A stretch of DNA of 64,000 nucleotides from Octopus bimaculoides (lineage: Eukaryota): positions 73,578,237 through 73,642,236 of the forward strand of contig NC_068986.1 of NCBI RefSeq assembly GCF_001194135.2, written 5' to 3'. A program made the position numbers and the translations under genes. Shown here in pieces: positions 23,156 through 35,220 of the stretch (positions are counted from its first letter, which is position 1; each line of letters starts with the position of its first letter). The notes beneath the pieces are model-generated. The model made no database searches and was not told the DNA's origin. It worked only from the letters and a program-made list of their open reading frames with translations.

Positions 23156-23512
23156 TTATGTGTGTGTGTGTGTTGTATGTCTGTGTGTTTGTTTACATCG
23201 TCATCATTATCATGATCATTTAACGTCCGTTGTCCATGCTGGCATGGGTTGGACGGTTTGACTAGGGCTGGCAAGCTCGAAGGCTGTACCAGACTCTAGT
23301 CTGATTTAGCATGGTTTCTATGGTTGGATGCCCTTCCTAATGACACATATGTGCTCACATATTCAAAAGCCGTTCAAGTGGTGTTGTTATTAACTCTTCT
23401 CTTCTCAGTGACTCATCTGCTTTCATCATGCTTTTGAAATCATTTGGAAATGTGGAGTAAAAGATCTCTTACTTGAAAAACAAATAAGAGTTAGAGAACC
23501 TGGAAGGGAATC

Positions 23513-23735
23513 ATCATCATCATTTAACATCTACTTTCCATGCTAGCATGGGTTGGATGATTTGACTGGGGACTGGCAAACCAGATGGTTACACCAGACT
23601 CCAATCTGATCTGGCAGAGTTTCTACAGCTGGATGCCCTTCCTAACACCAACCACTCTGAGAGTGTAGTGGGTGCTTTTTACGAGCCACCGGCACAAGGG
23701 CCTGTCAGGCGGTACTGGCAACGGCCATGCTCAGC
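23513..23735 (-). mobile_element. RTE 3' UTR fragment (another at ~23205-23345)
   Basis: catcatcatttaacatctactttccatgctagcatgggttgg...ctggatgcccttcc, the reverse complement of the RTE tail. Confidence 0.8.
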
Positions 23736-24747
23736 TAGTTACAAAACAACACGTCAATATGATATTTGTTAAACCCATGCTAGCTTGGTAAAATGGATGG
23801 AAAAAAAACCCAACAAATGGATGAATGATGAAATTTATATACACAACTAACAAACATCTTAAGATGTGAGAATTTCTTCTCTTAAGGAGAGAGTACATTA
23901 ATAGTATCATATAGAAAATAGAATATTTTTCCTTACTGTATTAACAATATATAAAAGAAAGAACTGGCACTCAGTCAATTACAATGATACGGGTTCCAGT
24001 TGATTTGATTAGCAGAAAATGCTGCCCATGAAATTAATGTGCAAGTGGTTGAGCACTCCACAGATTAACATAGCCTTAACATAGTTCTCAGGAAGATTCA
24101 GTATAACACAGAATGTGACAAAGCTGGCCCTTTGAAATACAAGTACAGCCCATTTTCACAAGCAACATAAAACAAAGTGTCTTGCTTAAAGACACAACAT
24201 GCTGCTGGGAATCAAACTCATGATTGTGAGCTGAATACTGTAACCATTAAGCCATGTACTTTCACTAACAGTATGGATGACATTAAGAGCATCATATTGA
24301 AAATGGAATTTTTTTCCATATTGTATTAATAGTTTAGAGAACATTATGAGTATTTGATGACAAACAGCATTAACACCATAGTATAGTAACAATAGTGAGA
24401 AGCCAAAGAGTAGCATATAGAAATTGGAATCAATTGCATAATTTTTTAACTCTTCCATTATAAGCAGGCTTTGAATCCAGAAAACTAAACTTAAAACTAG
24501 AAGCATTACTATATGTAACTCAGCTTCTGTGTTTTTTTTTCTTTTTTTTTCTATTTTTATTATGCTATCATTTCAAATAAACTATAATTTTATTTCTATC
24601 ATGTCACATTAACTAATAATAAACACATAACATTATATCATCTAAAACATAAAATTTAATACTTTTAAATATGTTTATAATGCTATATTATATTTTTTCA
24701 AATATTCGGATTTCCAATAAACTTGTGACTCTCCACTGTCAGGCCAT

Positions 24748-24796
<49 letters not shown>

Positions 24797-24924
24797 ATGT
24801 TGTCAGTTACATTGAAGAGAGGTATTCTGTACTTTATATAATACAGTAATAGGGGTCAGATACATACAGTTGGGGTTTTAAGCAGCAAAAGTTGACATAG
24901 CCTACTTAAATATAAAAATTACAT

Positions 24925-25062
24925 AGGTGTGGCTGTGTAGTTAAGAAGTTTGCAAAGTGAGGTTTAGTCCCACTTTGGGTAAGTGTTTTTTAGTTTCAAG
25001 CTGACCAATGCCTTGTGAGTGAATTTGGTAGATGGAAACTGTATGGAAGCCTGTTATATGTA

Positions 25063-25106
<44 letters not shown>

Positions 25107-25310
25107 TTTTTGTCTGGATTTGTACCTTCAGTTTGACAGCTGGTATTGGCTTATTTATGTCCCCATAACTTAGAAGTTCAGCAAAAGAGACCAATAGAAT
25201 AAGTATTAGACTTTAAAAAATAAGTACTTAGGACAATCTGTTTGACTAAATTCCTTCAAGGCAGAGCCCCAGCACAGCTGCCATCCAAATGATTGAAACA
25301 AGTAGAAGAT
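24925..25310 (+). mobile_element. SINE family A (diverged)
   Basis: Head aggtgtggctgtgtagttaagaag, internal (TG)n, tail gattgaaacaagtagaagata. Confidence 0.75.
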
Positions 25311-26400
25311 AGAAGATAACAACTTATCAACTTTTCAGTTACAATAATCATATAACACCTCACAAAATTACTTTGGTGCAAACAATACTTATGATACCAC
25401 ACAATGCATTAGACTCTTACAATACTCACACAGGTCACCCTATATTAGATATCACACAATACTTCCTTACAATGTATCAGATATTTTGCAAAACTGATTG
25501 TTAAATAATAAACACCAACGTCTTCACATATGGAGCATACAAAAGCTTTATATTATTTATAAAACAATAAATTCATCAACAAACATGTCTGCTCTATGTC
25601 TTATGTTCCTCTCCTGCTTCTTCTCACACCCCATGCTGGCAATTAGGAATTATTGTTTTCCTTTAAAAGATGAACGGTCTCCCTTCAGCTATTAATAATA
25701 TCTCCCCTGTTTCTCTTTTGTCTTTATGGGTATATAGCAACTGTGGGTTTATGCTGATGTAAGGTTTTGAACTGCAAAATGAATATGTAGACTGTAACAG
25801 TTATACTAAAGATTTCTCAGGCTCTGATATAAACCCAAGATTCTTAGAGAATGATACCTTTTTTTTAATATTTATTTATTTATTTGTTGTCATGAAGACA
25901 GCAGTTTGTAGATTCATTGAAATCCAGGAAATATTTGCAATTTCCTTTCTGCTTATCATTTCTTTCAGGATTACCATCTTTATGCAAAGTCTTTTGTCTA
26001 ACATTTGTATTGCATCACAGAAGCAGGAAGTATCCATTTTACAACTTATTTTTTACTTTACTGATATTACCTTTTAACTGTAACAATTCCAATAAAAAAA
26101 TTTTTGTGAAAACATGCGTCTGCCATATAAGCCATTGTCAAAGTTATCTGCTGCTAGACTAGCTTTGACAATATTTCAAGTGCATTTAGATTACCAAGCA
26201 ATGGTCATACAGTCATTGTTGTCACCAATAACCTCTTAATATGGATTGATGAGTAGTTATGGTCTGAATCAGGTTAGTTCTTATTTGAAGTTGCTGTCCC
26301 TAGCATATTCAAAGATCATGTTTTGCTTATATGACTAATTTTTAACTTCATTTCTATAGTTTGATGCCAGTTGCCCTTCTTGTCTCTAATCACTTTACAT

Positions 26401-26570
26401 AGGCGCAGGAGTGGCTGCGTGGTAAGTAGCTTGCTTACCAGCCACATGGTCCCGGTTTCAGTCCCACTGCGTGGCACCTTGGGCAAGTGTTTTCTACTAT
26501 AGCCTCGGGCCGACCAAAGCCTTGTAAGTGGATTTGGTAGACGGAAACTGAAAGAAGCCCGCTGTATATA
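26401..26570 (+). mobile_element. SINE family A 5' half
   Basis: aggcgcaggagtggctgcgtggtaagtagc...gaaagaagcccg, truncated at the microsatellite. Confidence 0.85.
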
Positions 26571-26571
26571 T

Positions 26572-26945
26572 TGATATGAACGCCGAAAAACAAAAATAAT
26601 GTTATGTCCCTCTTCCTCGATCTGTGTTTGAAACCGTGTTCTAGTTGTTCAGGACAGTGGTATTTCCTTTGTCTTGTCAATGAGCACGGTTATTTATGGC
26701 GTAGGAATGTGATCTCTGACCCTTTCCGGTCATCGAAAGCTTAAAAAGGAACTGTACGAAACTGACCCAGCTTTGGAGGGGGGGGGGGACGCAGCAATGT
26801 TGGGTACGGTATGCCAATCTTTCTGGCTGATTATCTGTCGTAAATACGGAGCGTAGATTTGGGAACCGCAGTTGGTGTAAACGCGGTCAGTGAGTGAAGA
26901 ACGGCGTTCGGTGTAAAGACAGTCAGTGAGTCAGTTCAGTGACAG
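26572..26945. mobile_element. CpG-rich LTR-like fragment (tentative)
   Basis: Composition shifts abruptly to many CpGs, starting with TG. It contains gtaaatac and repeated cagtgagt motifs. No matching second end or TSD was found. Confidence 0.3.
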
Positions 26946-27422
26946 GGGCTGAAATGGAGTGATAGCAGCGGTCAGTGAAGAGAAGCAAGATGGAGAGAGT
27001 AGTTGGTGATAAAGACTAACAAATAGAGACTGAGAGAGAGAGGCTATTGACAGAAGGTACCGATCATCAAAATGGATAGCGCCAGTGACTGAGAGGGTAT
27101 AGCCCGTAAGAGAGGCCGATAGGGACTGAGGCAGTCTGAGAGAGAGACAGAGAGATGGAACAGTTGAGTAACATTGGGTTAGAGTGTTGGAATCACAATT
27201 GTAAGATTGTAGGTTCCATTCCTGGACTGGGCGATGCATTGTATTCTTGAGCAAAACAATTCATTTCATGCTGCTCTAGTCCCCTCAGCTGGTAAAAATG
27301 AATAATCCTGTAACAGACTGGCATCCCATCCAGGAAGAAATATATACGTCAGGGAAACCAGGAAAATGGCCATGTGCTCCTTACATAGCAATGTGGACTA
27401 ACCACTGGGTATATTTCATCAT

Positions 27423-27810
27423 GGTGGAGGCGCAATGGCCCAGTGGTTAGGGCAGTGGACTCGCGGTCATAGGATCACGGTTTTGATACCCAGACTGGGC
27501 ATTGTGAGTGTTTATTGAGCGAAAACACCTAAAGCTCCACAAGGCTCCGGCAGGAGATGGTGGCGAACCCTGCTGTACTCTTTCACCACAACTCTCTCTC
27601 ACTCTTACTTCCTGTTTCTGTTGTGCCTGTAATTCAAAGGGTCAGCCTTGTCAAACTGTGTCACGCTGAATATCCCCGAGAACTATGTTAAGGGTACACA
27701 TGTCTGTGGAGTGCTCTGCCACTTGCACGTTAATTTCACGAGCAGGCTGTTCCGTTGATTGGATCAACTGGAACCCTCAATGTCGTAAGTGACGGAGTGC
27801 CAACAAAACA
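27423..27810 (+). mobile_element. SINE family B
   Basis: ggtggaggcgcaatggcccagtggttaggg...gtgccaacaaaac, with an imperfect TSD ttYatcatg. Confidence 0.9.
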
Positions 27811-29437
27811 CAGTTTTATCATGGTACCAGCATTAGTAAGGCTGCATAGTATCTTGTAAGATGAGTCCTTGTTGTTCTACAAGGTGTTTTGTCACTTGAG
27901 GCAAATGATCAAGATGGTGGCTAGAAGAGTGAACATGGTAAGCGAAGAACCATAACCTGATGAGTAGTTGAAGGAAGCAAGAGCATCATGATAGAGGCAG
28001 AATAATGGAAGTGAGAGGATGGTAGAAAGGGAGAGTGATGGATAGAAATAGAAATGGATAGTGATCAGAATAAGTGATGTCTGTGTATGTGTGGAGAGAA
28101 AGACAGAAGCTCATGTGTGTTTGAATGTGTGTGTGTCTGTGTGTGTGTGACAATCCAATGTGGTGCTTATGCATGAGAAATAAATAGAAATTTTAGAGCT
28201 CAATTTATAACGTTGTTAAGCATGTGCACACACACACACACACATGTACATGCATATACACACACTTGCACATGCATACACACAGACACACACACATGCA
28301 CATTCACAATGACCCTCACTCCCATATCATGAAATAATATTGTACTTTACCTTATGATCCTAAACAATTCTTTATTGCATCACATCAGATAATTTTATGA
28401 TATATCTATAGTATTCCTTAGTTGAACCTGTTTAAATAAGGGACGTGATCTGAGATCAGAGACCAAAACAACTGCATTATAGTAGAGTCATATTAGCTAT
28501 TATAAGCACACATGCACTATTATTAGTTTGCAGTATTACATAATATTTATTATCAAAGTCTTTCATTGAGTCCCTATGACCTTGTTACTGACACTAGTAA
28601 AATAGAGTACCACTAACCATGCCATAAATATACATAGAAATACATTGGTATGAAATAAAATAAATATAATAGTGTGTGTGTGTATGTGTGTATGTGTGTG
28701 TTTAATGGTTAATATGACTCTATGATGATGCAATTGTCATCATTACGGTGGTTTTATGGCATACTTTATAACACAGATATATTGAGAAGATCAAAGACGA
28801 TTTGAATGTCTGACCGACATAGTTTCCCTTGAATTATTGTCTGCACCAAATAGAGCTATTGAGTCTCATTAGCTGTTTGTTTTAAGTATTCTGTCAAAGA
28901 CTCAGATATTATAATGTGCCAACATTAATATTGTGAAACTAAAGACTATAAATTCTATCCTTTTGATTTCAATTTCGATTTCCTTTGTTTTGGAATAAAA
29001 GAAAAAAAGAAAAAAGTGAGAAGAGAGAGAGAGAGTTGGGATGAGGAACAAAATTGTTGAAACTCTGACTTGAGTTGTTAATAGCCACAATGGTGAAACA
29101 TTGTTGTAAAGACAGAGAAGGAACAAATTGCTAACATCTTAAAATCACCAAAAATAAACTGAGAGGTAGAGCCTCCTCTGCATAGTTATATGATCTATAA
29201 AAAATAACTGCTAAATTTCCTTGAAATCACACACTGCTGTTTAAAATAGAAGGATACATTAGAGAATGTAGTAGCAGTAGTAATAACATCACCATCAAGA
29301 TCACCAATAATATCATCATCTTCATCTATATCAGTGGTTCTCAATCGGAGTCCCTCTGAGCCTTGCAAGGAAGGGGTCCATATTAGGTTTTGCTGTTAAA
29401 ATTATTCTGCAATAAATTGGTTACACCTCTACAAGAC

Positions 29438-29602
29438 ATAGGTGTGGCTGTGTGGTAAGAAGTTTGTTTCCCAACCACGTGGTTCTGAGTTCAGTCCCAT
29501 GGTGTGGCACTTTGGGCAAGTGTCTTCTACTGTAGCCTCAGGTTGACCAAAGCCTTGTGAGTGGATTTGGTAGATGGAAACTGAAAGAAGCCTGATGTGT
29601 GC

Positions 29603-29655
<53 letters not shown>

Positions 29656-29890
29656 TACCTGTGTGTGTGTGTGTGTCTTTGTTTGTCCCGCCAACACTGC
29701 TTGACAACTGGTGTTGGGTGTGTTTACATCCCTGTAACTAAGTGCTTCAGCAAAAGTGACTGATGGAATAAGTACTAAGCTTTAAAAATAGAAAATAAAA
29801 GTCCTGGGGTCAATTTGTTTGGCTAAAACACCTTCAGGTTGGTGCTCCAGTATGGTCGAACTCAAATAACAAAAACAAGTAAAAGATAAA
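29438..29890 (+). mobile_element. SINE family A
   Basis: Full head-microsatellite-tail structure. Confidence 0.85.
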
Positions 29891-29939
29891 GGATAAATAC
29901 ACAATATATTTTAATATTTTTTTTTGTATGCAATTCCAG

Positions 29940-30260
29940 TGTCGCCTTCCTGGCATGTGAAAAGACATTCGAGCGAGGTCATTGCCAGTGCCACTGGACT
30001 GGCTCCTGTGCAGGTGGCATGTAAAATACACCATTTTGAGCGTGGGCGTTGCCAGTACCACCTGACTGGCCTTCATGCCGGTGGCATGTAAAAGCAACCA
30101 CTAAACTCTCGGAGTGGTTGGCGTTAGAAAGGGCATCCAGCTGTAGAAACTCTGCCAAATCAGATTGGAGCCTGGTGTAGCCATCTGGTTCACCAGTCCT
30201 CAGTGAAATCGTCCAACCCATGCTAGCATGGAAAGCGGACGTTAAACAATGATGATGATG
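29940..30260 (+). mobile_element. RTE 3' UTR, young
   Basis: Closely related to 6230-6627; ends gcggacgttaaacaatgatgatgatg. Confidence 0.85.
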
Positions 30261-31580
30261 AGGATTTAATTATAAAAAAATTTAATGGTATTTTTTTAAA
30301 CATCAAATGGCAAGAAGGGTTCATCTGAGTAGAATAGGAATCAAAGGAATCCATAGTAAAAAATGGTTGAGAAACCCTGAGACAGGAAGGTCATACCTGT
30401 AATGCCATTGATCATTTATCTTCTCCATTTGGACCAACTCGGGGCTAAATAACAGCAACAAAAATACTTAAAGGCTTTTTTAATGTTTTGTTATTAACTT
30501 TATTGTAAATACCAAAATCTAATATGAAATATATAGTTACTGTTTTTTTTTTTAGTGAGACCGTCATAAAATCGTGACTGGACAGTCATATTTAATCTAT
30601 TTGTAAACTTCTTCGCAAACATAGAGGTACTCTGAATGCAATAAATACTGTTCATGATGTTTTGTAATGGCATCTAAGTTTGCTATAATATATTGAAATG
30701 CCACTGGCAAATGATATATACTAAATTATAGTATATATTTTATTGCCTAAAGTAGATAACGGATATGATAAAAATCTCATCAGGAAAGATCAGGATTTTC
30801 ATTTTGCTTCAATAAATTAAAAGTTTGCGGTTGAGTTTGGAAAATATATTCTGTTAGCTATTCCTCACTACTATTTATGAGAGAAATAATATTCTTCTTG
30901 GATTGATTAAGCTACAATGCTATCATCATTTCAATGTGTTCTGATTGTGATGTGCAACCATTTTTACCTATATTTGTCTTATATGTAATTTATATTTTGA
31001 AGAAATAAATTGAAATTCTAATAAAATCTATGAAATATTCATTAAAGCGATGCAAATAGCATCGGATATTACTTTAGATAGTTCTTTGAAAGATTCCAAG
31101 CTCTTTAAAAGTTGCCGAAAGAATTACTCAGTTGGCGTTAAAGGGTTTAGAACATAACTTTCCAATGCAGAATCGAAAAGCCTCATTGACTAAGTGACAG
31201 AGGTGTATTTGAGAGAGGGGGAGGTCGTTTTATGCTAGGTGTTGGGGGAGGCTAGAGTATGATAGAGGGACAGGCACAGGTGTTTTGTTATGGAAGCAAT
31301 ACAAAGCTACCCCACATTATATCAAGGCGGATGGGAGTAGCTGGAAAGAAGGTAGAGGTGGTGGTGACAAGATGCTAGAGTGTCTCAGTATACAAGAAAA
31401 TGAGTATAAAAGAAATGCAGGCAGTGGATTGGATAGTTGAAGGTAATTTCATAAGAATATTAGAGGAGTATATCAGATGGCAAAAGATAGGGGTAGAGGT
31501 GAACATAGTGAGTGATGAACAAGGAAAGAGGTGTGGTTGTCGGGAACTATCAACATGGAAAAGAGTATGTGTGTATGTGT

Positions 31581-31629
<49 letters not shown>

Positions 31630-31630
<1 letters not shown>

Positions 31631-31815
31631 AGGGTGCGATGGGTAAATTGTTGCCCATTTTATATTTTTAATTTTGTGCAAGGGCATTTGATTGTTTTTG
31701 ATTTTGTCGATTACACAGTATAGTAGGGTTGGTTGGGCACTGTCTGTGAGAAAAACAACACAATGGGGCAATTCACTCTGCCAGGAATTTGGAAACGACA
31801 TGCTGTACTGCATTT
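31630..31815 (+). mobile_element. Tc1/mariner 5' end fragment
   Basis: Starts TA|CAGGGTG after (TG)n. The ATG at 31763 opens MGQFTLP.IWKRHAVL, resembling a mariner-like transposase N-terminus. Confidence 0.5.
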
Positions 31816-33244
31816 GATGTTTTTTGTTTATGTTCCATAAATTATAGAGTTTGATAAGGTAAGTATAAGACTTAAAGAATATGTACTGAGTTTGATATGA
31901 GCAACTAAAACCTTTCAGGATGGTACTCTAGCATGCTCACATTCAAGTACCTGAAACTTGTCAAAGAATATATGAATTTAATTTTAATGAAGATAGTAAT
32001 GACTTATTAATCAGTCTGTTTCATTACTGCATTACAGAAGGAAATAAATTTATGAAATGATATCTCCATCGATTATTTCCTTGTTTGGTTATTTGAAACT
32101 TGTGATGCCCCATTTAGAATTCTGTATCACCAGGTAATGTAACCATTAGCTAATCAACAGTAAATGTGGTATAGCACAATTCCATGGAGTTTCTTGTAGC
32201 AATGATAGTAAACTGAATAAACCATGGAACTAGGAACCAACTGGTCAATTCCCTGGAGTTTTTCTAACTGAAGAAGTTTTTATATTATTATGTGGTGGTG
32301 GTGTTGGTGTTGGTGGTGGTGGCAATGATGGAATGAAGTAATATCTAAAGTGCTGCTTCTCACCAATTCTGTCAACTCTACTAGATATTTGTCATGCTGT
32401 AAACATTAAAAACAGTAAATTGTTCAACATTTATTCAACTACAGCTTCCTCCTCCTCCTCCTCCCTTTCTCTGTCTCTCTGTCTGTGTCTCCCTCACCCA
32501 CACCTTCATATTCCCATTATTGTTTCACATTTAATATTTACACATTATTCCCTATCACTATAAAAGACACACCACACACACACACCCACATACACAAATA
32601 TACTTACACATGCATGTACCGAAGCATATGCACTAAGTGCTAGTACAACCCTCTCTCCTGCCAGTTGTCACATCCTTGATGTTTAGCTGGGTCAACATGA
32701 GAGGGCCAAGAGGGTGATTGTGTCTCCTGTCAACTACTTAGGCACCTAAAATAATAAATAAAAGTATGATACATGCTACCAAATCATACTTGCATATGAA
32801 TGATGGTTAAGTTTTTAACTCTTCTTGTAATTGTTATTTGAGCAGATAAAGGTGGTGGGCTACCAGAATCATTAGAGTGTTGGAAAAAATGTTGAGCTGT
32901 ATTTCTTCTGATCTATTAGGCTCTCAGTTCAAATACTGCCAAGGTTAACTTTACCTTTCATTCTTTCACTGTTGATAAAATAAGTACCAGCCAAAGCCTA
33001 GAGTTGAAGTAACCAACTTGCTTGCACCCTTCAGAATTGCTGGTCTTGTGTCGAAATTTAAAAGTATTATTTGGGCAGGTAGAAACTGTCATGGGCTATT
33101 GGGGGTAAATGTCTAAAAGTAACTTTGTCTTGTTATGTTATGAGTTCGAATTTCATTAGAACCTGGATTGTTTTTTAGCCCTCCATGGTCTATGAAATAA
33201 GTGTCATAAATTGTGGTTGACTGAACTGACTATACTCTTTAACT

Positions 33245-33655
33245 CTTTTACTCTTTTACTTGTTTCAGTCATTTGACTGCAGCCATGCTGGAGCACTGCC
33301 TTTATAGTCGAGCAAATCGACCTCAGAGCTTTATCTTTGTAAGCCTAGTACTTTTTCTATCGGTCTCTTTTGCTGAACTGCTAAGTTACGGGGACGTAAA
33401 TACACCAGCATCGGTTGTCAAGCAATGCTGGGGGGTGGGGACAAACAGACACACAAACACACACATGCATATCTGTATATATACATATACGACGGGCTTC
33501 TTCCAGTTTCCGTCTACCAAATCCACTCACAAGGCTTTGGTCGGCCCGAGGCTATAGTAGAAGATACTTGCCCAAGGTGCCACGCAGTGGGACTGAACCT
33601 GGGACCATGTGGTTGGTAAGCAAGCTATTTACCACACAGCCACTCCTGCACCTAA
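33245..33655 (-). mobile_element. SINE family A, full length
   Basis: Complete reverse-complement copy ending cactcctgcacct. Confidence 0.9.
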
Positions 33656-33934
33656 CTCACTGTCTTTAATAATATCTTACCATATTGCCAATATATAAAA
33701 TCATTATTATTGAAGATCTGCCATCTTTAAAAAGATATACTTTGAATGTAACTGGTTGGATGTGATATGTGAAATTGAGAAGTTGTGCAGCAGAAAACTA
33801 TGTGATGTATTGAGCATAATGTTGTCTGCATTTCATTATTTGTCGGTACCATATATGATGCCAGTGGATGATGAAACACTCTTGTGGAATGCCTCTTAGC
33901 ATTTGGCCCAGTATGCAAATGATTCTGTCAGCTT

Positions 33935-34170
33935 ACCGCCTTATGATATATTGGTTTAAAATTTTGGTGCAAGGCTGGCAATTTTGTGGGGAGGGGGTAA
34001 GTTAATTACATTGACCTCAGTGTTTAACTGGTACTTATTTTACTGACCCCAAAAGGAGGAAAGGCAAAGTTGATCATGGTGGGAATTTTACTCAGAAGTT
34101 GAAAACAGATAAAATGTTATTAAGCATTTTGCCCAGTGTACTGAAGATTCTGCTATCTTACTGCCATCAA
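33935..34170 (-). mobile_element. Meta-domain SINE, diverged (similar copies at ~32850-33070 +, ~36825-37025 +, ~49996-50210 +)
   Basis: ctggtacttattttactgaccccaaaaggaggaaaggcaaagttga is the reverse complement of the Meta-like core. Confidence 0.7.
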
Positions 34171-34607
34171 GAGAAGAAATTTTAAAGTGAATTAGCAAGG
34201 CAGAAGTATTGAACTGAAGTGAGAAAACTTTCATTTAGTATTTTATTTTTATGATTTTTGTATATTAGGAAAAAAGAATCTTTGAGAACAATTTTTTTAA
34301 GCATTTGTGTTATAGTATATAATTATCACATAGTGCTATAGGAGTATTGGATGAGGGCTAGCTAAGATTAAACAACAGAAACTACCATATAGTGCAGTGG
34401 TTCTCAACCAGGGTTCATATGGTGCCTGAGAGTCCATATGTGAATTTTGGGGGTTCATGCAACAAAAATAGTAAACTGGGGATCTACAACAGTATTTTAA
34501 GGGCCTGTGAAAAAATGTTGTTTTAGATGAATGTATTTCTAGGTATTGCAAGAAACAGCTAGGTTCCTTTCTTCAACATTTTACATAGTTCAACCTACAT
34601 AAGTTAA

Positions 34608-34828
34608 CCCTTTTGATACCAACCCACCTGAAACTGCCTCTGGATCTGTAGTACAAATGTGTCTTCAAAAGTTCTGAATTAAAATCTTCCACCAAACTTT
34701 ATAGTTACAATTTATGTTCCTAACACTAGCTTAATGACAACTAAGTTATTTTACTAAATTCTTTGTTGTATTCAAAATTAATTCAAAGAAGCAGAAAGTA
34801 TCTCAACAGAAATATGGTAAGGAAAGGG
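34608..34828. mobile_element. piggyBac-like MITE
   Basis: TTAA|cccttttgatacc ... ggtaaggaaaggg|CTAA: CCC/GGG termini at a TTAA-type target. Confidence 0.65.
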
Positions 34829-34842
34829 CTAATGTGTGAAAA

Positions 34843-35220
34843 GTGGAGGCGCAATGGCCCAGTGGTTAGGGCAGCAAACTCGCGGTCATAGGATCGCGGT
34901 TTCGATTCCCAGACCGTGCGTTGTGAGTGTTTATTGAGCGAAAACACCTAAATCTCCACGAGGCTCCGGCAGGGGATGGTGGCGAACCCTGCTGTACTCT
35001 TCCACCACAACTTTCTCTCACTCTTACTTCCTGTTTCTGTTGTGCCTGTAATTCAAAGGGTCAACCTTGTCACACTGTGTCACGCTGAATATCCCCGAGA
35101 ACTACATTAAGGGTACACGTGTCTGTGGAGTGCTCAGCCACTTGCACATTAATTTCATGAGCAGGCTGTTCCGTTGATCGGATCAACTGGAACCCTCGAT
35201 GTTGTAAGCAACGGAGTGCC
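34843..35220 (+). mobile_element. SINE family B with a perfect 12-bp TSD
   Basis: TSD aatgtgtgaaaa at 34831-34842 and 35221-35232. Confidence 0.93.

Larger units (their letters stand above)
29332..30379. mobile_element. hAT-like MITE hosting a SINE and an RTE 3' UTR
   Basis: Left end CAGTGGTTCTCAATC and right end GGTTGAGAAACCCTG (Charlie/MER5-like TIR). Nested inside are SINE A at ~29438-29890 and RTE at ~29940-30260. Confidence 0.6.

Noticed and set aside
31848-31858. 11-nt micro-exon (tatAG|agtttgataag|GTAAGT)
   Set aside because: It lies in a decayed SINE tail, would shift the frame, and does not resemble the expected PLEKHH continuation.
34843-34915. tRNA-like sequences with A and B boxes, many copies
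   Set aside because: These are SINE heads continuing into SINE bodies with TSDs; there is no complete cloverleaf or terminator.
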